From: a marine group bacterium Sva0996 bin134
Lineage (GTDB): Bacteria > Actinomycetota > Acidimicrobiia > Acidimicrobiales > Bin134
Direction: 5' to 3'
DNA: 64,000 nucleotides
NCBI GenBank assembly: GCA_002239105.1
Contig: MPNQ01000010.1
Span: 14,638-78,637 of the forward strand
This document shows positions 28,337 through 40,256 of this stretch, one piece after another. The first letter of the stretch is position 1. Each line of letters begins with the position of its first letter. Under the pieces are notes generated by a model. It did no database searches and was not told the origin of the DNA. It was given only the letters and a program-made list of their open reading frames with translations. Made by a program: the position numbers and the translations under genes.

Positions 28337-29557
28337 ATGGAGTTCGGCATTTTCGTCAACGGCTACATCCCGGGGCCGGCAGCTCACGACACCGAGGCGG
28401 AGCACACCGCTTTGATGCGGGAGGCCCACTACGTGATCACCGCCGACAAGTACAACTGGAAGTACGCCTGGTTCGGCGAGCACCACTGCCTCACCGAGTA
28501 CAGCCACATGTCAGCCCCGGCCCCGGTGATGGGCTACGTGGCCGCTCAAACCGATCGCATCCATCTCTCCACCGGCATCACCAGCCTGCCCACGGCCAAG
28601 GAGCACCCGGTGCGCATCGCCGAGCGGGCCGCCATGCTCGACCACATCACCGAGAACCGCTTTGAGTTCGGCACCGGCCGAGGGGCGGGCAGCCATGAGG
28701 TGGCCACCTTCGGCGGCCTGACCCCGCCCGAGACCAAGTCGATGTGGGACGAGGTCATCCGTGAGATTCCCCGCATGTGGGAACAGCGCGACTACTGCTT
28801 CGAGGGCGAGCACTTCTCGGTGCCCAAGCCCCACAACGTGCTGCCCAAGCCCCACGGCAACGGCCACCCGGCCATCTGGGTGGCGTGCGGCAACCCCCCC
28901 ACGTTCGCCAAAGCCGGGTCGCTGGGCATCGGCGCCATCGCCTTCAACTTCGAGCCCATCTTCAACCTCAAGGGCCGGATCGAGGCCTACAAGGAGGCCA
29001 TCGATAGCCCGGTGGAGCAGATCGGCCAGTTCAAGAACGACAACGTGATGATGACCAACGCCGTCATCTGCCTGGAAGACCGAGACCGGGCCCGAGAGAT
29101 CGCCAAGTCCAAAGGGCGTGGCTACCTGGTGACCATGGTGAACCTCTACCACGACACCATGCCCAAGTCACCCGACGCCATCACCTGGCCTTCCACCCCC
29201 ACGCAGATCGAGTGGACCGACGAGATGCTCGACGGGGCCATCGCCGGCGGCTACATGCTGTGCGGCAATCCCGAAGAGGTGTGCGAGCAGGTGGCCCGCT
29301 ACCAGACGGTGGGCTGCGACCAGGTGGTGTTCGGCCTGCCCGGTGAGGGCATGGAGCACGACGAGATCGACGAGATGCTCGAGGTGTTCGGCACCAAGGT
29401 GATCCCCGAATACGACCCCGACCCGGTCCATTCCACCGACCGGTACCGGGCCACCGCCCAGCGCCGCTACCCCGACTTCGAGTTCCCCCTGCCCGACGGC
29501 ATCGACGTGGAGCTCATCCCCGAAACCGCCATATTGCCCCTGGGCCACGGCAAGTAG
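28337..29557 (+). CDS. LLM-class (luciferase-like) flavin/F420-dependent oxidoreductase
   Basis: MEFGIFVNGY...WFGEHH...RFEFGTGRG... is a typical bacterial-luciferase-family TIM barrel. GGAGGAG ends 4 nt before the ATG. Confidence 0.85.
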   Translation: MEFGIFVNGYIPGPAAHDTEAEHTALMREAHYVITADKYNWKYAWFGEHHCLTEYSHMSAPAPVMGYVAAQTDRIHLSTGITSLPTAKEHPVRIAERAAMLDHITENRFEFGTGRGAGSHEVATFGGLTPPETKSMWDEVIREIPRMWEQRDYCFEGEHFSVPKPHNVLPKPHGNGHPAIWVACGNPPTFAKAGSLGIGAIAFNFEPIFNLKGRIEAYKEAIDSPVEQIGQFKNDNVMMTNAVICLEDRDRAREIAKSKGRGYLVTMVNLYHDTMPKSPDAITWPSTPTQIEWTDEMLDGAIAGGYMLCGNPEEVCEQVARYQTVGCDQVVFGLPGEGMEHDEIDEMLEVFGTKVIPEYDPDPVHSTDRYRATAQRRYPDFEFPLPDGIDVELIPETAILPLGHGK

Positions 29558-29583
29558 CCCGACCGAGCTAAGGAGCAGCGGCT

Positions 29584-30228
29584 GTGCCGCGCGACGCCAC
29601 CGAAACCCGATCCCGGCTGATCGCCGAGGCCGAGCGCCTGTTCGCCGAGCAGGGCATCTGGCGGGTACGGGTGCAAGACATAGTGGCCGCCGCCGGTCAA
29701 AAGAACAGTTCGGCGCTCTCGTATCACTTCGGCTCTCGTAGCGGGGTGCTCGATGCCATCCTGCGGGAGCACGGTGAGCCGATCGACCACGACAGAGGCA
29801 CGGTGTGGGCCGCTTTGGCCGATGACCAAACGCCCGCGCTCATCGAGGCGCTGATTCAGCCCCTCACCCGCCGTCTGGGTACCACCAGCGGTCGGTGCTA
29901 CCTGCGGATAGTGGCCCAGCTCAGCGCGGAGTTCAGCCGCTGGGATTTCGATCCCACTCACGTCCCGGCAAATCTCAATGCCATCTTGCGGCTGCTGCGA
30001 GACCGAACAACTGTGGCTGACAAAGCCCAACGCGACGAGCGAGTTCTGGGCATGATCCAGTTGATGACCGCATCATTGGCCGAGCGAGCCCGCCGCATCG
30101 AAGCGGGCGACCCGTTGGCCACTGATGATGATGTCTATGCCGCCAACCTGGTGGACATGCTGACCGGCATCATCGAAGCGCCCTCCCGGACTGCGATTGT
30201 GGCCGCGCCCCACCTCGCGGGCCGGTAA
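29584..30228 (+). CDS. TetR/AcrR family transcriptional regulator
   Basis: GTG start. TRSRLIAEAERLFAEQGIWRVRVQDIVAAAGQKNSSALSYHFGSR is the N-terminal TetR HTH. Confidence 0.85.
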   Translation: MPRDATETRSRLIAEAERLFAEQGIWRVRVQDIVAAAGQKNSSALSYHFGSRSGVLDAILREHGEPIDHDRGTVWAALADDQTPALIEALIQPLTRRLGTTSGRCYLRIVAQLSAEFSRWDFDPTHVPANLNAILRLLRDRTTVADKAQRDERVLGMIQLMTASLAERARRIEAGDPLATDDDVYAANLVDMLTGIIEAPSRTAIVAAPHLAGR

Positions 30229-30313
30229 TTTGCCACTGTGACCATCGGCTTTGTCAGACCGTTCGCTCTGCTCTGATGCATCGCCGACCGTGCCAATAGG
30301 CCATGCTTTGGGC

Positions 30314-31027
30314 ATGAATCGATTTGACGACAAAATTGTCATCGTCACCGGCGCGGCTTCCGGCATAGGACGGGCCACAGCAGACCGACTGCGCTCAGAA
30401 GGCGGCACCGTGGTGGGCATCGATAGGGCCCCGCTGGACGATGTCGACCTGGCCATTCAACTGGACCTGCTCGACTTGGACGCCATTGCTCCCAGCGTCG
30501 CTCAGGTGATGGATGCCTACGGCCGCATTGACGTGTTGTGCAACATCGCCGGTCTCGGCCATTTCGCCCGCGACGAGGACGAGACCCCCGAGGCCTGGAA
30601 CCGGGTTATCGGGGTAAACCTCACCGGCACCTACTTCATGTCCCAAGCCTGCTTGCCCCACTTGCTTGAGTCCAAGGGCAACATCGTCAACACCGCCTCC
30701 ACGGCAGGCACCCACGCCCAGACGTGGAGTTCGGCCTACTCAGCCTCCAAGGGCGGGGTGATCGCTCTCACCCAGACCATGGCCATCACCAACGGGCGGT
30801 CGGGGATCCGGGTCAACTGCATCGCCCCCGGTGGCGTCGAGACGCCGATCGGCGAGCAGTTCACCCCGCCGGAGGGCGTAGACCTCACCCTCATGGCCGG
30901 GATCCTCCCCTTCCACCGCCCAGCTCAACCGTCAGAGTTGGCCTCAGCGTTCGCCTTCTTGGCCAGCGACGACGCCAGCTACTGCAATGGAATCGTCCTC
31001 AGAGTAGATGGAGGGACCAAGACATGA
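30314..31027 (+). CDS. SDR family oxidoreductase
   Basis: ATG at 30314 (MNRFDDKIVIVTGAASGIGRA), NIAG, YSASKGG, and PGGVETP. Confidence 0.85.
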   Translation: MNRFDDKIVIVTGAASGIGRATADRLRSEGGTVVGIDRAPLDDVDLAIQLDLLDLDAIAPSVAQVMDAYGRIDVLCNIAGLGHFARDEDETPEAWNRVIGVNLTGTYFMSQACLPHLLESKGNIVNTASTAGTHAQTWSSAYSASKGGVIALTQTMAITNGRSGIRVNCIAPGGVETPIGEQFTPPEGVDLTLMAGILPFHRPAQPSELASAFAFLASDDASYCNGIVLRVDGGTKT

Positions 31028-32256
31028 GCCATTCGTCTCCCCCCCTGGCCGGTGTCCGGGTCATCGAGAGCTCGCTGCTCGGTCCGGGATTCTTGACCAC
31101 GTTCCTCTCCGACATGGGCGCCGACGTCATCAAGGTGGAGCCCCCTCAGGGCGACTACATCCGCCAGATGACCTGGCCCATCGTCAACGGGGTGTCGCTG
31201 CTGCATCTGCACACCCACCGAGGCAAGCGCAGCATCGTCCTCGACCTGCGCCAGCCCGAAGGCGTGGAGCTGTACCTGGATTTGGCCCGGAACGCCGACG
31301 CCGTGGTGGAGGCCATGAGGCCCGGTGCGCTAGAGCGGCGGGGCCTGGGCTACGAGCAGCTCAAGGAAGTGAACCCCAAGATCGTGTTCGCCACCATTAG
31401 CGGATACGGCATGACCGGCCCTTACAAGGACATGCCCAGCCATGGCATCGCCTATGACACCTGGGCCGGACTCATCCCTCCCGCCTATGACGACGACGGA
31501 TTCTGCCGCATCCCGGAGATGCCCAACATCGGCATCAACATCGCCCCCCTCATCGGTGCGCTCGCGGTCTGCGCCGGCATCATCCGGGCTCGGGAAACCG
31601 GCGAGGGCTGCCGCCTGGAGCTGGCCCAGTCGGACGCGGCCGCCTACATGGACTGGTACCGCATCGAGACGTGGAAGGCCTACGAGCGCCCCGAAGACGA
31701 GGTGACCGGCAACCCGTCCGACGACTACGAGCGCCGGGCGCCGGGTCTGGCCGGCATGTGGGAGGGCGTCCGCTACCAGATGTACGAATCCTCCGACGGC
31801 CATGTGCTGTTTATGGCTTCCGAACAGGCCTTTTGGCGGAATTTCTGCGAGGCCCTAGATCGAATGGACCTGTTCGACCGCTGGCCAGGGTCGAAATACG
31901 CTGACCACGCCCGGGGCAATCTGGAACTTCAGCGGGAGCTGCGGGACATCTTCCGCACCAAGACCAGCGCGGAGTGGCTGGAGTTCGGCGACCGAGTGAA
32001 CACGCCCATCGCCCCGGTGAACAACGCCAAGAACGTGGTCGACGATCCCCAGTTCCAAGACCGGCTGCCTCTGTTCACCGTAGATGAGGTGGGCTGCGAG
32101 CAGCTCCCCTTGCCGGTGAAGTTCTTTGACGAGGAACTCCCAACCCCAACCCACGCCCCCACCGTCGGCCAGCAGACCGACGACGTGTTGAGCGAGGTGC
32201 TGGGCCTGGGCGAAGACCGTCTGGCCGAGTTGCGGGACCAGGGCATCCTCGGATGA
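31024..32256 (+). CDS. CoA transferase, family III (CaiB/BaiF)
   Basis: ATG at 31024 overlaps the SDR stop (ATGA). LAGVRVIESSLLGPGFLTTFLSDMGADVIKVEPP and GYGMTGPY motifs. The track's 30724 start is an out-of-context extension inside the SDR gene. Confidence 0.85.
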   Translation: MSHSSPPLAGVRVIESSLLGPGFLTTFLSDMGADVIKVEPPQGDYIRQMTWPIVNGVSLLHLHTHRGKRSIVLDLRQPEGVELYLDLARNADAVVEAMRPGALERRGLGYEQLKEVNPKIVFATISGYGMTGPYKDMPSHGIAYDTWAGLIPPAYDDDGFCRIPEMPNIGINIAPLIGALAVCAGIIRARETGEGCRLELAQSDAAAYMDWYRIETWKAYERPEDEVTGNPSDDYERRAPGLAGMWEGVRYQMYESSDGHVLFMASEQAFWRNFCEALDRMDLFDRWPGSKYADHARGNLELQRELRDIFRTKTSAEWLEFGDRVNTPIAPVNNAKNVVDDPQFQDRLPLFTVDEVGCEQLPLPVKFFDEELPTPTHAPTVGQQTDDVLSEVLGLGEDRLAELRDQGILG

Positions 32257-33020
32257 CCGAATCGGCCGATGCCGATCTGCTGAGCGAGGCCGTTGAGCTG
32301 GCCTGCGAAGCCGGGCGGCTCACGCTGGACTGGTTCAACGATCACGAGTTGTCAGTGGGCCGCAAAGACGACGGCTCCCCGGTGACCGAAGCCGACAAGG
32401 CCGCCGAAACTTTTCTGCGGGAAGCTTTGTCCAAGCGGTTCCCCGACGACGGGGTGATCGGCGAAGAGTACCCCGAAGAGCAGGGCACATCGGGGCGGAC
32501 TTGGATCATCGACCCCATCGACGGCACCCGCAGCTTTGTTCGCGGCGTGCCCCTGTACACCACCCTGTTGGCCATGATCGACCAACACGGCCCGGCCATC
32601 GGTGTAGCCGCCGTCCCCCCTCTCGACGAGGCGGTTTGGGCCGGCCGAGGCCTGGGCTGCTACCACAACGGCCGCCGCTGCCAGGTAAGCCCCCAGACCG
32701 AGCTAAGCCGATCGTATCTGTGCGCATCTGGCTTCGAATGGTGGCCCGAAGGCGCTTTCGACCGAGTCAAGACAGCAGGCGCTCGCATGCGAACCTGGGG
32801 AGACGGCTACGGCTACGTCCTGGTGTCCACCGGTCGGACCGAGGCCATGATCGACCCCGGCTTGAACCTCTGGGACATAGCCCCCATGCTGGTCATAATC
32901 CCCGAAGCCGGCGGTCGCATCACCCAATGGAACGCCAGCACCACCCCCAGCGCGGGCGACTGGCTAGCCACCAACGGCGCCATCCACGACGAGCTCCTTG
33001 CTCGTCTCCGCGGCGGCTAG
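32253..33020 (+). CDS. inositol monophosphatase family protein (HisN-like histidinol-phosphatase candidate)
   Basis: SPVTEADKAAE, GEE, and WIIDPIDGT(R)SFVRG metal-binding motifs. ATGA overlap with the CoA-transferase stop. Confidence 0.8.
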   Translation: MTESADADLLSEAVELACEAGRLTLDWFNDHELSVGRKDDGSPVTEADKAAETFLREALSKRFPDDGVIGEEYPEEQGTSGRTWIIDPIDGTRSFVRGVPLYTTLLAMIDQHGPAIGVAAVPPLDEAVWAGRGLGCYHNGRRCQVSPQTELSRSYLCASGFEWWPEGAFDRVKTAGARMRTWGDGYGYVLVSTGRTEAMIDPGLNLWDIAPMLVIIPEAGGRITQWNASTTPSAGDWLATNGAIHDELLARLRGG

Positions 33021-33991
33021 GCGCCGGCGAACTCCTCGCAAACAACCCCTTGCCCCTCTAGAACACCCAGAAACTCCGCTGCGTCCACCACCTCAGCCAG
33101 CCCCACTGCCCCCATCTGGTGCACTCTTCCTGCTGCAATGAGCTCTATGGCACTCATCAACACTGCGGCCGTTACCGTGCCGGGCGGTGCCGAGGCGCCC
33201 AGAATCTCCCCGGTCCACTCTTGGCCCCTCTGCCCGCGCACCTCAACCCTCACCGCCCCCAGCTTCCCCTCCGGATGCGGCGACCGCAGCATCGGCAACC
33301 AAGAGCTGAAGCGATCCCTGCGAGTGGCCGCCATTCGGGCGGTGATCCGATCTGCCCTGCTGAACTTTCGGACCAGCAGCATCGGGTCGGGCAGCGCCGC
33401 TCGATAGCAGTCAGCTGCATCCACCGGACTGGGAAACCAGCACAGCTCCCGGCCCGAACCTCCTGGCCGCTGCTTCCACCCCCCTCTCCACTCCAACGCC
33501 AGCGAGCTCAAAGCCCTGTGATGCTGGCGGGCGCAAGCTGGCCCCCCTGTGCCGAATTTGGCAACGTGCACCTCTGTCACCCGATCGAGCTCGGCGGCCG
33601 CCCGAACGGCCAGAACATCGCTCAACCCTGGAGCCATACCCACCCCGGCCACCACCAGCGTGTCCTGCCGCTGTGCGGCTTCGTTCATGCCTAGGAGACG
33701 CTTCACATCGGTCATCGAGTCAGAGGTGGACAGCATCACTCGTCCGCGGCTCAGAAATCGACGGGCCAACCGGGCTTGGCTGCCTGATGCCGTGGCCAAC
33801 ACCACGATGTCTGCTGAGTCGTCAAGGCTGCCCACAGTGACCGGCGAGCCGTGCTTCTCCGACAATTGCCAAGCACGTTCGGGATTGCGGTCGGCAACTG
33901 CCACCCGGCCCCCGGCCAGCAACGGCCAATCGGCCAGGCGCTGCACCAAACCAGCGCCGACTACGCCCCCGCCGACAACCAGAATGTCCAT
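33017..33991 (-). CDS. NAD(P)-binding protein, saccharopine-dehydrogenase-like
   Basis: ATG at 33991 gives MDILVVGGGVVGAGL, a Rossmann start. The remainder resembles the Sacchrp_dh N-terminal/C-terminal architecture only loosely. Confidence 0.45.
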   Translation of the reverse strand: MDILVVGGGVVGAGLVQRLADWPLLAGGRVAVADRNPERAWQLSEKHGSPVTVGSLDDSADIVVLATASGSQARLARRFLSRGRVMLSTSDSMTDVKRLLGMNEAAQRQDTLVVAGVGMAPGLSDVLAVRAAAELDRVTEVHVAKFGTGGPACARQHHRALSSLALEWRGGWKQRPGGSGRELCWFPSPVDAADCYRAALPDPMLLVRKFSRADRITARMAATRRDRFSSWLPMLRSPHPEGKLGAVRVEVRGQRGQEWTGEILGASAPPGTVTAAVLMSAIELIAAGRVHQMGAVGLAEVVDAAEFLGVLEGQGVVCEEFAGA

Positions 33992-34197
33992 GTTGCTGAG
34001 CCGGAGCAGTTCAGAAGGTGTTGCTGCCGCTGATCTGGCGCCACCCACCCGATTGGGGTGGAACGCCCCCGGTTCCCCGGGCACGCAATATGGCCGCGAT
34101 AGCTGCCGCCCCTGCCAGCGCAACCAGCGCTCGTCGCAGAATCTTCACAATGCCCATCCTAACGAACCCCTACAAAGACGCAACCGGCCCAACACTG

Positions 34198-34271
<74 letters not shown>

Positions 34272-34288
34272 GTAGCCGAGTGGCAAGA

Positions 34289-34801
34289 CTACTTTCGGGG
34301 GTTCCAGGCAGGCCAACGAAATCGCCGAGGTCGACTGCGAGGCCGCTGGCGGGCTGTCTCCTCCTCGATGACGGTGACCCGCATTCCCCCGGTCAGATCG
34401 CTAATGAGATTGAACAACACGCACAGCAAAACGTTGAAGAATGTGCCAGCCACCACCAGCACCAGCCCGCCCACCGCAAACCCCCGGAAGATCTGGCTGG
34501 CGTTGAACTTGAACTCTTGCAGCGCGAACAGCTCCTCGATAAATGACTCGGTGTCGTCCACCGTGCCCGATCCCACGGCAATGCTCCACAGCATCACTCC
34601 GGCCAGCATGACGATCATCCACAAGCACAGGTAGAAGATCAAAGAGATCTTCAGCATCGACCAGGGTTCGATGTGCCGTATCACTCGGCGCACCTTCCGG
34701 GCCTGTAACCGCACTGCCCGCCGATACTCCCTCGGGGTTACCCGTACCGGCTGGCGCGCCGCGGCCGGACTCGGCAACTGGGAGGCTGACGGGTCGCTCA
34801 T
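34289..34801 (-). CDS. DUF3566 domain-containing transmembrane protein
   Basis: RKVRRVIRHIEPWSMLKISLIFYLCLWMIVMLAGVMLW...FNLISDLTGGMRVTVIEE. Occupies the conserved actinobacterial position between gyrA and tRNA-Ile. ATG 34801 overlaps the upstream stop (ATGA). Confidence 0.75.
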   Translation of the reverse strand: MSDPSASQLPSPAAARQPVRVTPREYRRAVRLQARKVRRVIRHIEPWSMLKISLIFYLCLWMIVMLAGVMLWSIAVGSGTVDDTESFIEELFALQEFKFNASQIFRGFAVGGLVLVVAGTFFNVLLCVLFNLISDLTGGMRVTVIEEETARQRPRSRPRRFRWPAWNPRK

Positions 34802-35190
34802 CCGACCGGGGTCGATGGACACGACTCGAAGTGTACGGGATCGACGGTGGCAAGAGACTGGCACCGCCACCACCCGAGGGGAAGCAGTTCGGCCCTGGCC
34901 GTTGCCGTCGCCCCATCACGGCGAACCACCACCTCGGTTTGAAAACTGTCCCTCGCCGACGAAACCAGGCTTGCCTTGTTGGCGGTCGCGACCCTCGCAG
35001 CCGCATCCGGTTCAGCGACCGCGGCCATCGCCACCACATCAGCCACTGCGGTCACCCGTGCCCGCCGAACGGCATCGGCGCCCAACTGGCCCAGCAACAC
35101 GATGGCCACTCCGATCACGGCCAAGATACCCACGCCCAATACCGAGATCGATCCCCGCTCGCGCACAACGCTGCTCCCATGTCGTGTCAA
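34798..35190 (-). CDS. TadE-like pseudopilin (Rv3654c/Rv3655c-type, helicase/secretion-neighbourhood TadE-like family)
   Basis: ERGSISVLGVGILAVIGVAIVLLGQLGADAVRRARVTAVADVVAMAAV matches the ERGS + hydrophobic helix + A-rich signature of actinobacterial TadE-like proteins. Confidence 0.55.
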   Translation of the reverse strand: MTRHGSSVVRERGSISVLGVGILAVIGVAIVLLGQLGADAVRRARVTAVADVVAMAAVAEPDAAARVATANKASLVSSARDSFQTEVVVRRDGATATARAELLPLGWWRCQSLATVDPVHFESCPSTPVG

Positions 35191-35215
35191 GGGGGAAGCT
35201 TCGACTCAGAAAAGG

Positions 35216-37684
35216 CTACTCCTCGTCTTCTACGGTGGATAACACCGGTGCTACTGCGGCAACCAGTTGACCCTCGGCCAGACTCATCACTCGCACTCCT
35301 GAAGCCTGTCGTCCCTTTACCGATATGGAAGAAACCGGCATTCGAATGGTCACTCCGTTGGACGCAACCACGAACACCTCGTCTTCGGGGGTGACTACTC
35401 GCGCGGCCACCACCGTTCCTCGACCATCCATCATCCGCATTGCCCGCATCCCCAAGCCGCCACGGTGCTTGGCCCGAAACTCGTCGAGCGGCATCCGCTT
35501 ACCAAACCCCTGGTCGGTAACCAACAGCATCTCGTCACCGGGCTGCACTGCACTGGCCGCCACCACCACGTCATCACCTCGAAGCTTCATGCCTCGTACG
35601 CCAGCCGCATTCCGCCCCATAGACCGGACTTCGGTTTCGGAGAATCGCATGAGCTGTCCTGTGGCGCTCACCAGACAGACATCGTCGGATCCCCTGGTCG
35701 CCAAAACCCGCACCAGTTCGTCGCCCTCCTTCAGGTTGATGGCAATGAGGCCTCGGGTGCGCGTTTTGTCGTACTCCAAGAAACGAGTCCGCTTCACTAC
35801 TCCCCGTTGGGTCACGAACAGCAGATAGCGCATCGTCTCGTAGTCTCGGGTGTCGATCACCGCCGAGATGGTTTCGTCGGGTGCGAGATGGAGCAAGTTC
35901 ACGATGGCTATGCCGCGAGCCGTGCGGCTCGTTCGAGGCACTTCGTGGACCTTGATGCGAAACACTCGCCCCATGCTGGTGAAGAACATCAGATAGGCGT
36001 GGGCGGTGGTGTGGATGAGCGTGGCTATGTAGTCCCCGTCTTTCAGGTTGGCGCCGATAACCCCCTTGCCCCCCCTCCCCTGGGTCTTGAACTCATCGGG
36101 CACCACCGTCTTGGCATAGCCGGCTGCGCTGAGGCTGAAGATCAGTTCCTCGTCGTCGATCAGATCCTCGATATTGAATTCACCCTGGTCGGCCATGATC
36201 TGGGTGCGGCGCTCGTTGGCATAGCCATTTCTCACCTCGAGCAGCTCTTCTCGGATGACGGCCCTGAGCTTGGAGTCATCAGCCAAGATGGCCTCCAGCT
36301 CGACGATCAGAGCGCGCTTCTGGGCCAGCTCATCGTTCAGCTCCTGGGTTCCGAGCTGGGTAAGCCGTCCCAGGGCCATGTCGAGGATGTGGTTGGCCTG
36401 AATCTCGCTGAACTCGAACTGCTCGCCCATGAGCGTGGTTCGGGCCGCAGCCCGGTTCTCCGACGCCCGAATGGCAGTGATGATCTCGTCGATCATTTCC
36501 ACCGCCCGCACCAGTCCTTCGAGGATGTGCTCTCGCCGTCGGGCCTCGTCCAAGCGGAACTCAGTGCGGCGACGTACAACTTCCTGCTGATGGCCGGCAT
36601 AGGCCGCCAGGCAATCGCGCAGCGTCATGGTTCGGGGGACCCCATCGGCCAGCGCCACCATGTTCACCGGGAAACTGGTTTGCAGCGGAGAGTATTTGTA
36701 GAGGTTGTTGAGCACTACGAGGGCGGGAGCATCCCTCTTCAGCTCAAAAACCAACTTGGTCTGGCCCTTGGCCGACTCATTGTGAATCTGGCGAATGCCG
36801 TCGATCACCCGCCGGTTGACCAAGTCGGCCACCTTCTCCTCAATGACCTCCGCACTGGTCTGGTACGGGATCTCGGTGACCACAATGCGGGTCTTGTTGC
36901 CGCTCTCCTCGATCTCAGCCAAGGCCCGCACCTTTATCGTCCCCTGGCCGGTGGTATAGGCGTCCCGGATGCCCTGAAAGCCCATGATGCGGCCCCTGGT
37001 GGGGAAATCAGGGCCCTTCACGAACTCCATGAGCTCGGTGGTGGTGGCCTCGGGATTCTCCAGCAGGTGATTCACCGCGTCGATTACCTCACCCAGGTTG
37101 TGAGGGGGAATGTTGGTGGCCATACCCACTGCGATGCCCTGGCTGCCGTTCACCAGCAGGTTGGGGAACCGCGAAGGCAGCACCACCGGCTCTCGCTCTG
37201 TGGAGTCGAAGTTCTCGGCAAAATCGACGGTCTGCTCGTCGATGCCGTCCAACAGGCGCATGGCCAGCTCGTGGAGACGGCACTCGGTATAGCGCATCGC
37301 GGCGGGCGGATCGTTGGGAGAGCCGAAATTCCCGTGGGGGTCGATCAAGGGGTGTCGAAGCGAGAAGATCTGTCCCAGTCGCACCAAGGCGTCGTAGATG
37401 GCCTGGTCACCATGGGGGTGATATTTGCCCATGACATCGCCCACCACCCGGGCGCACTTCACATAGGGCCGATTGGGGCGGTTCCCCTGGTCATACATGC
37501 CCCACAGGATCCGGCGGTGGACCGGCTTGAGACCGTCTCGCACATCGGGCAGGGCCCGGGCGGTAATGACTGACATGGCGTAGTCCAAGAAGGACTGCTC
37601 CATCTCGGTTTGGATATCGATGTCCTGCACAGCACCGTCGGGCACCTGTGCAGGCTCAGGTGGGGCATCAGTATCGTCAGGCAT
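35216..37684 (-). CDS. gyrA: DNA gyrase subunit A
   Basis: 822 aa. [17 protein letters not shown], the catalytic-Tyr region AAMRYTE, and C-terminal beta-pinwheel repeats. Confidence 0.97.
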   Translation of the reverse strand: MPDDTDAPPEPAQVPDGAVQDIDIQTEMEQSFLDYAMSVITARALPDVRDGLKPVHRRILWGMYDQGNRPNRPYVKCARVVGDVMGKYHPHGDQAIYDALVRLGQIFSLRHPLIDPHGNFGSPNDPPAAMRYTECRLHELAMRLLDGIDEQTVDFAENFDSTEREPVVLPSRFPNLLVNGSQGIAVGMATNIPPHNLGEVIDAVNHLLENPEATTTELMEFVKGPDFPTRGRIMGFQGIRDAYTTGQGTIKVRALAEIEESGNKTRIVVTEIPYQTSAEVIEEKVADLVNRRVIDGIRQIHNESAKGQTKLVFELKRDAPALVVLNNLYKYSPLQTSFPVNMVALADGVPRTMTLRDCLAAYAGHQQEVVRRRTEFRLDEARRREHILEGLVRAVEMIDEIITAIRASENRAAARTTLMGEQFEFSEIQANHILDMALGRLTQLGTQELNDELAQKRALIVELEAILADDSKLRAVIREELLEVRNGYANERRTQIMADQGEFNIEDLIDDEELIFSLSAAGYAKTVVPDEFKTQGRGGKGVIGANLKDGDYIATLIHTTAHAYLMFFTSMGRVFRIKVHEVPRTSRTARGIAIVNLLHLAPDETISAVIDTRDYETMRYLLFVTQRGVVKRTRFLEYDKTRTRGLIAINLKEGDELVRVLATRGSDDVCLVSATGQLMRFSETEVRSMGRNAAGVRGMKLRGDDVVVAASAVQPGDEMLLVTDQGFGKRMPLDEFRAKHRGGLGMRAMRMMDGRGTVVAARVVTPEDEVFVVASNGVTIRMPVSSISVKGRQASGVRVMSLAEGQLVAAVAPVLSTVEDEE

Positions 37685-37699
37685 GGAATCCCTGAACCT

Positions 37700-39802
<2,103 letters not shown>

Positions 39803-39863
39803 CTACCAGTTATCAGTGTCTACTTGACTCACCGGAGAGCCGGTTGCCAGCCACCTGAAACGA

Positions 39864-40256
39864 TCATTGAGGGCGGACTCTGATCGTCAGAGAAATGACG
39901 GCTTCCTCTTCGGCCGCGGCGTTGATCCGAGCGATGAGCTCGGGGCTGAAAAACCTCATTTCGGTGGCCCACGCCGGGTCGTCCACCGCCACAACCAGCT
40001 CGCCGTCCACCAGGCGCACTGGCGACGTGTGGGCTGCCATCACCGAGCCGACCAACTCCTCCCACGCTTCAAATACCATCTTCAGCACCTGGGCCCGCGG
40101 TGCCTTCAGCCGGGAGGTCAACTGGTTCAGGGCTTCCCCCAACCGCTTGGGTCCCGACGACTTGTACAGCGGTTCCCAGCCCATCTCCTCAGTCTGCCCC
40201 GACAACGCGGCCTTGGCGACCGGGAATTGACATCTCCGGACGGACCGAGAAATCAA
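39864..40256 (-). CDS. dciA: DUF721 / DciA-like protein (replicative helicase operator candidate)
   Basis: Sits between recF and gyrB as in mycobacterial Rv0004. ...WEELVGSVMAAHTSPVRLVDGELVVAVDDPAWATEMRF... is the DUF721 core. The start is uncertain (TTG 40256 or ATG 40184). Confidence 0.6.
   Translation of the reverse strand: MISRSVRRCQFPVAKAALSGQTEEMGWEPLYKSSGPKRLGEALNQLTSRLKAPRAQVLKMVFEAWEELVGSVMAAHTSPVRLVDGELVVAVDDPAWATEMRFFSPELIARINAAAEEEAVISLTIRVRPQ

Noticed and set aside
30724-31023. Long N-terminal extensions offered by the ORF track for the CoA-transferase (30724), Zn-ADH (15898), ACAD (12302), the mutase small subunit (10903), crgA (19640), DUF3566 (34873) and dnaA (44123)
   Set aside because: The extensions overlap the preceding gene or intergenic DnaA boxes and translate to R/P/S-rich non-family sequence. 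Internal ATG or GTG starts that abut or overlap the upstream stop give normal family lengths.
35465-37573. 702-aa plus-strand ORF, with many similar long ORFs in the track (e.g. 107..889, 9627..10385, 11241..12245, 20438..21556, 25377..26507, 38516..39511, 5082..5876)
   Set aside because: They lie antisense or out of frame to genes with unmistakable family motifs (gyrA, pccB, the mutase, meaB, pknB, larC, gyrB, asd). Their translations are R/G/P/H/A-rich low-complexity strings typical of stop-poor alternative frames in high-GC DNA.
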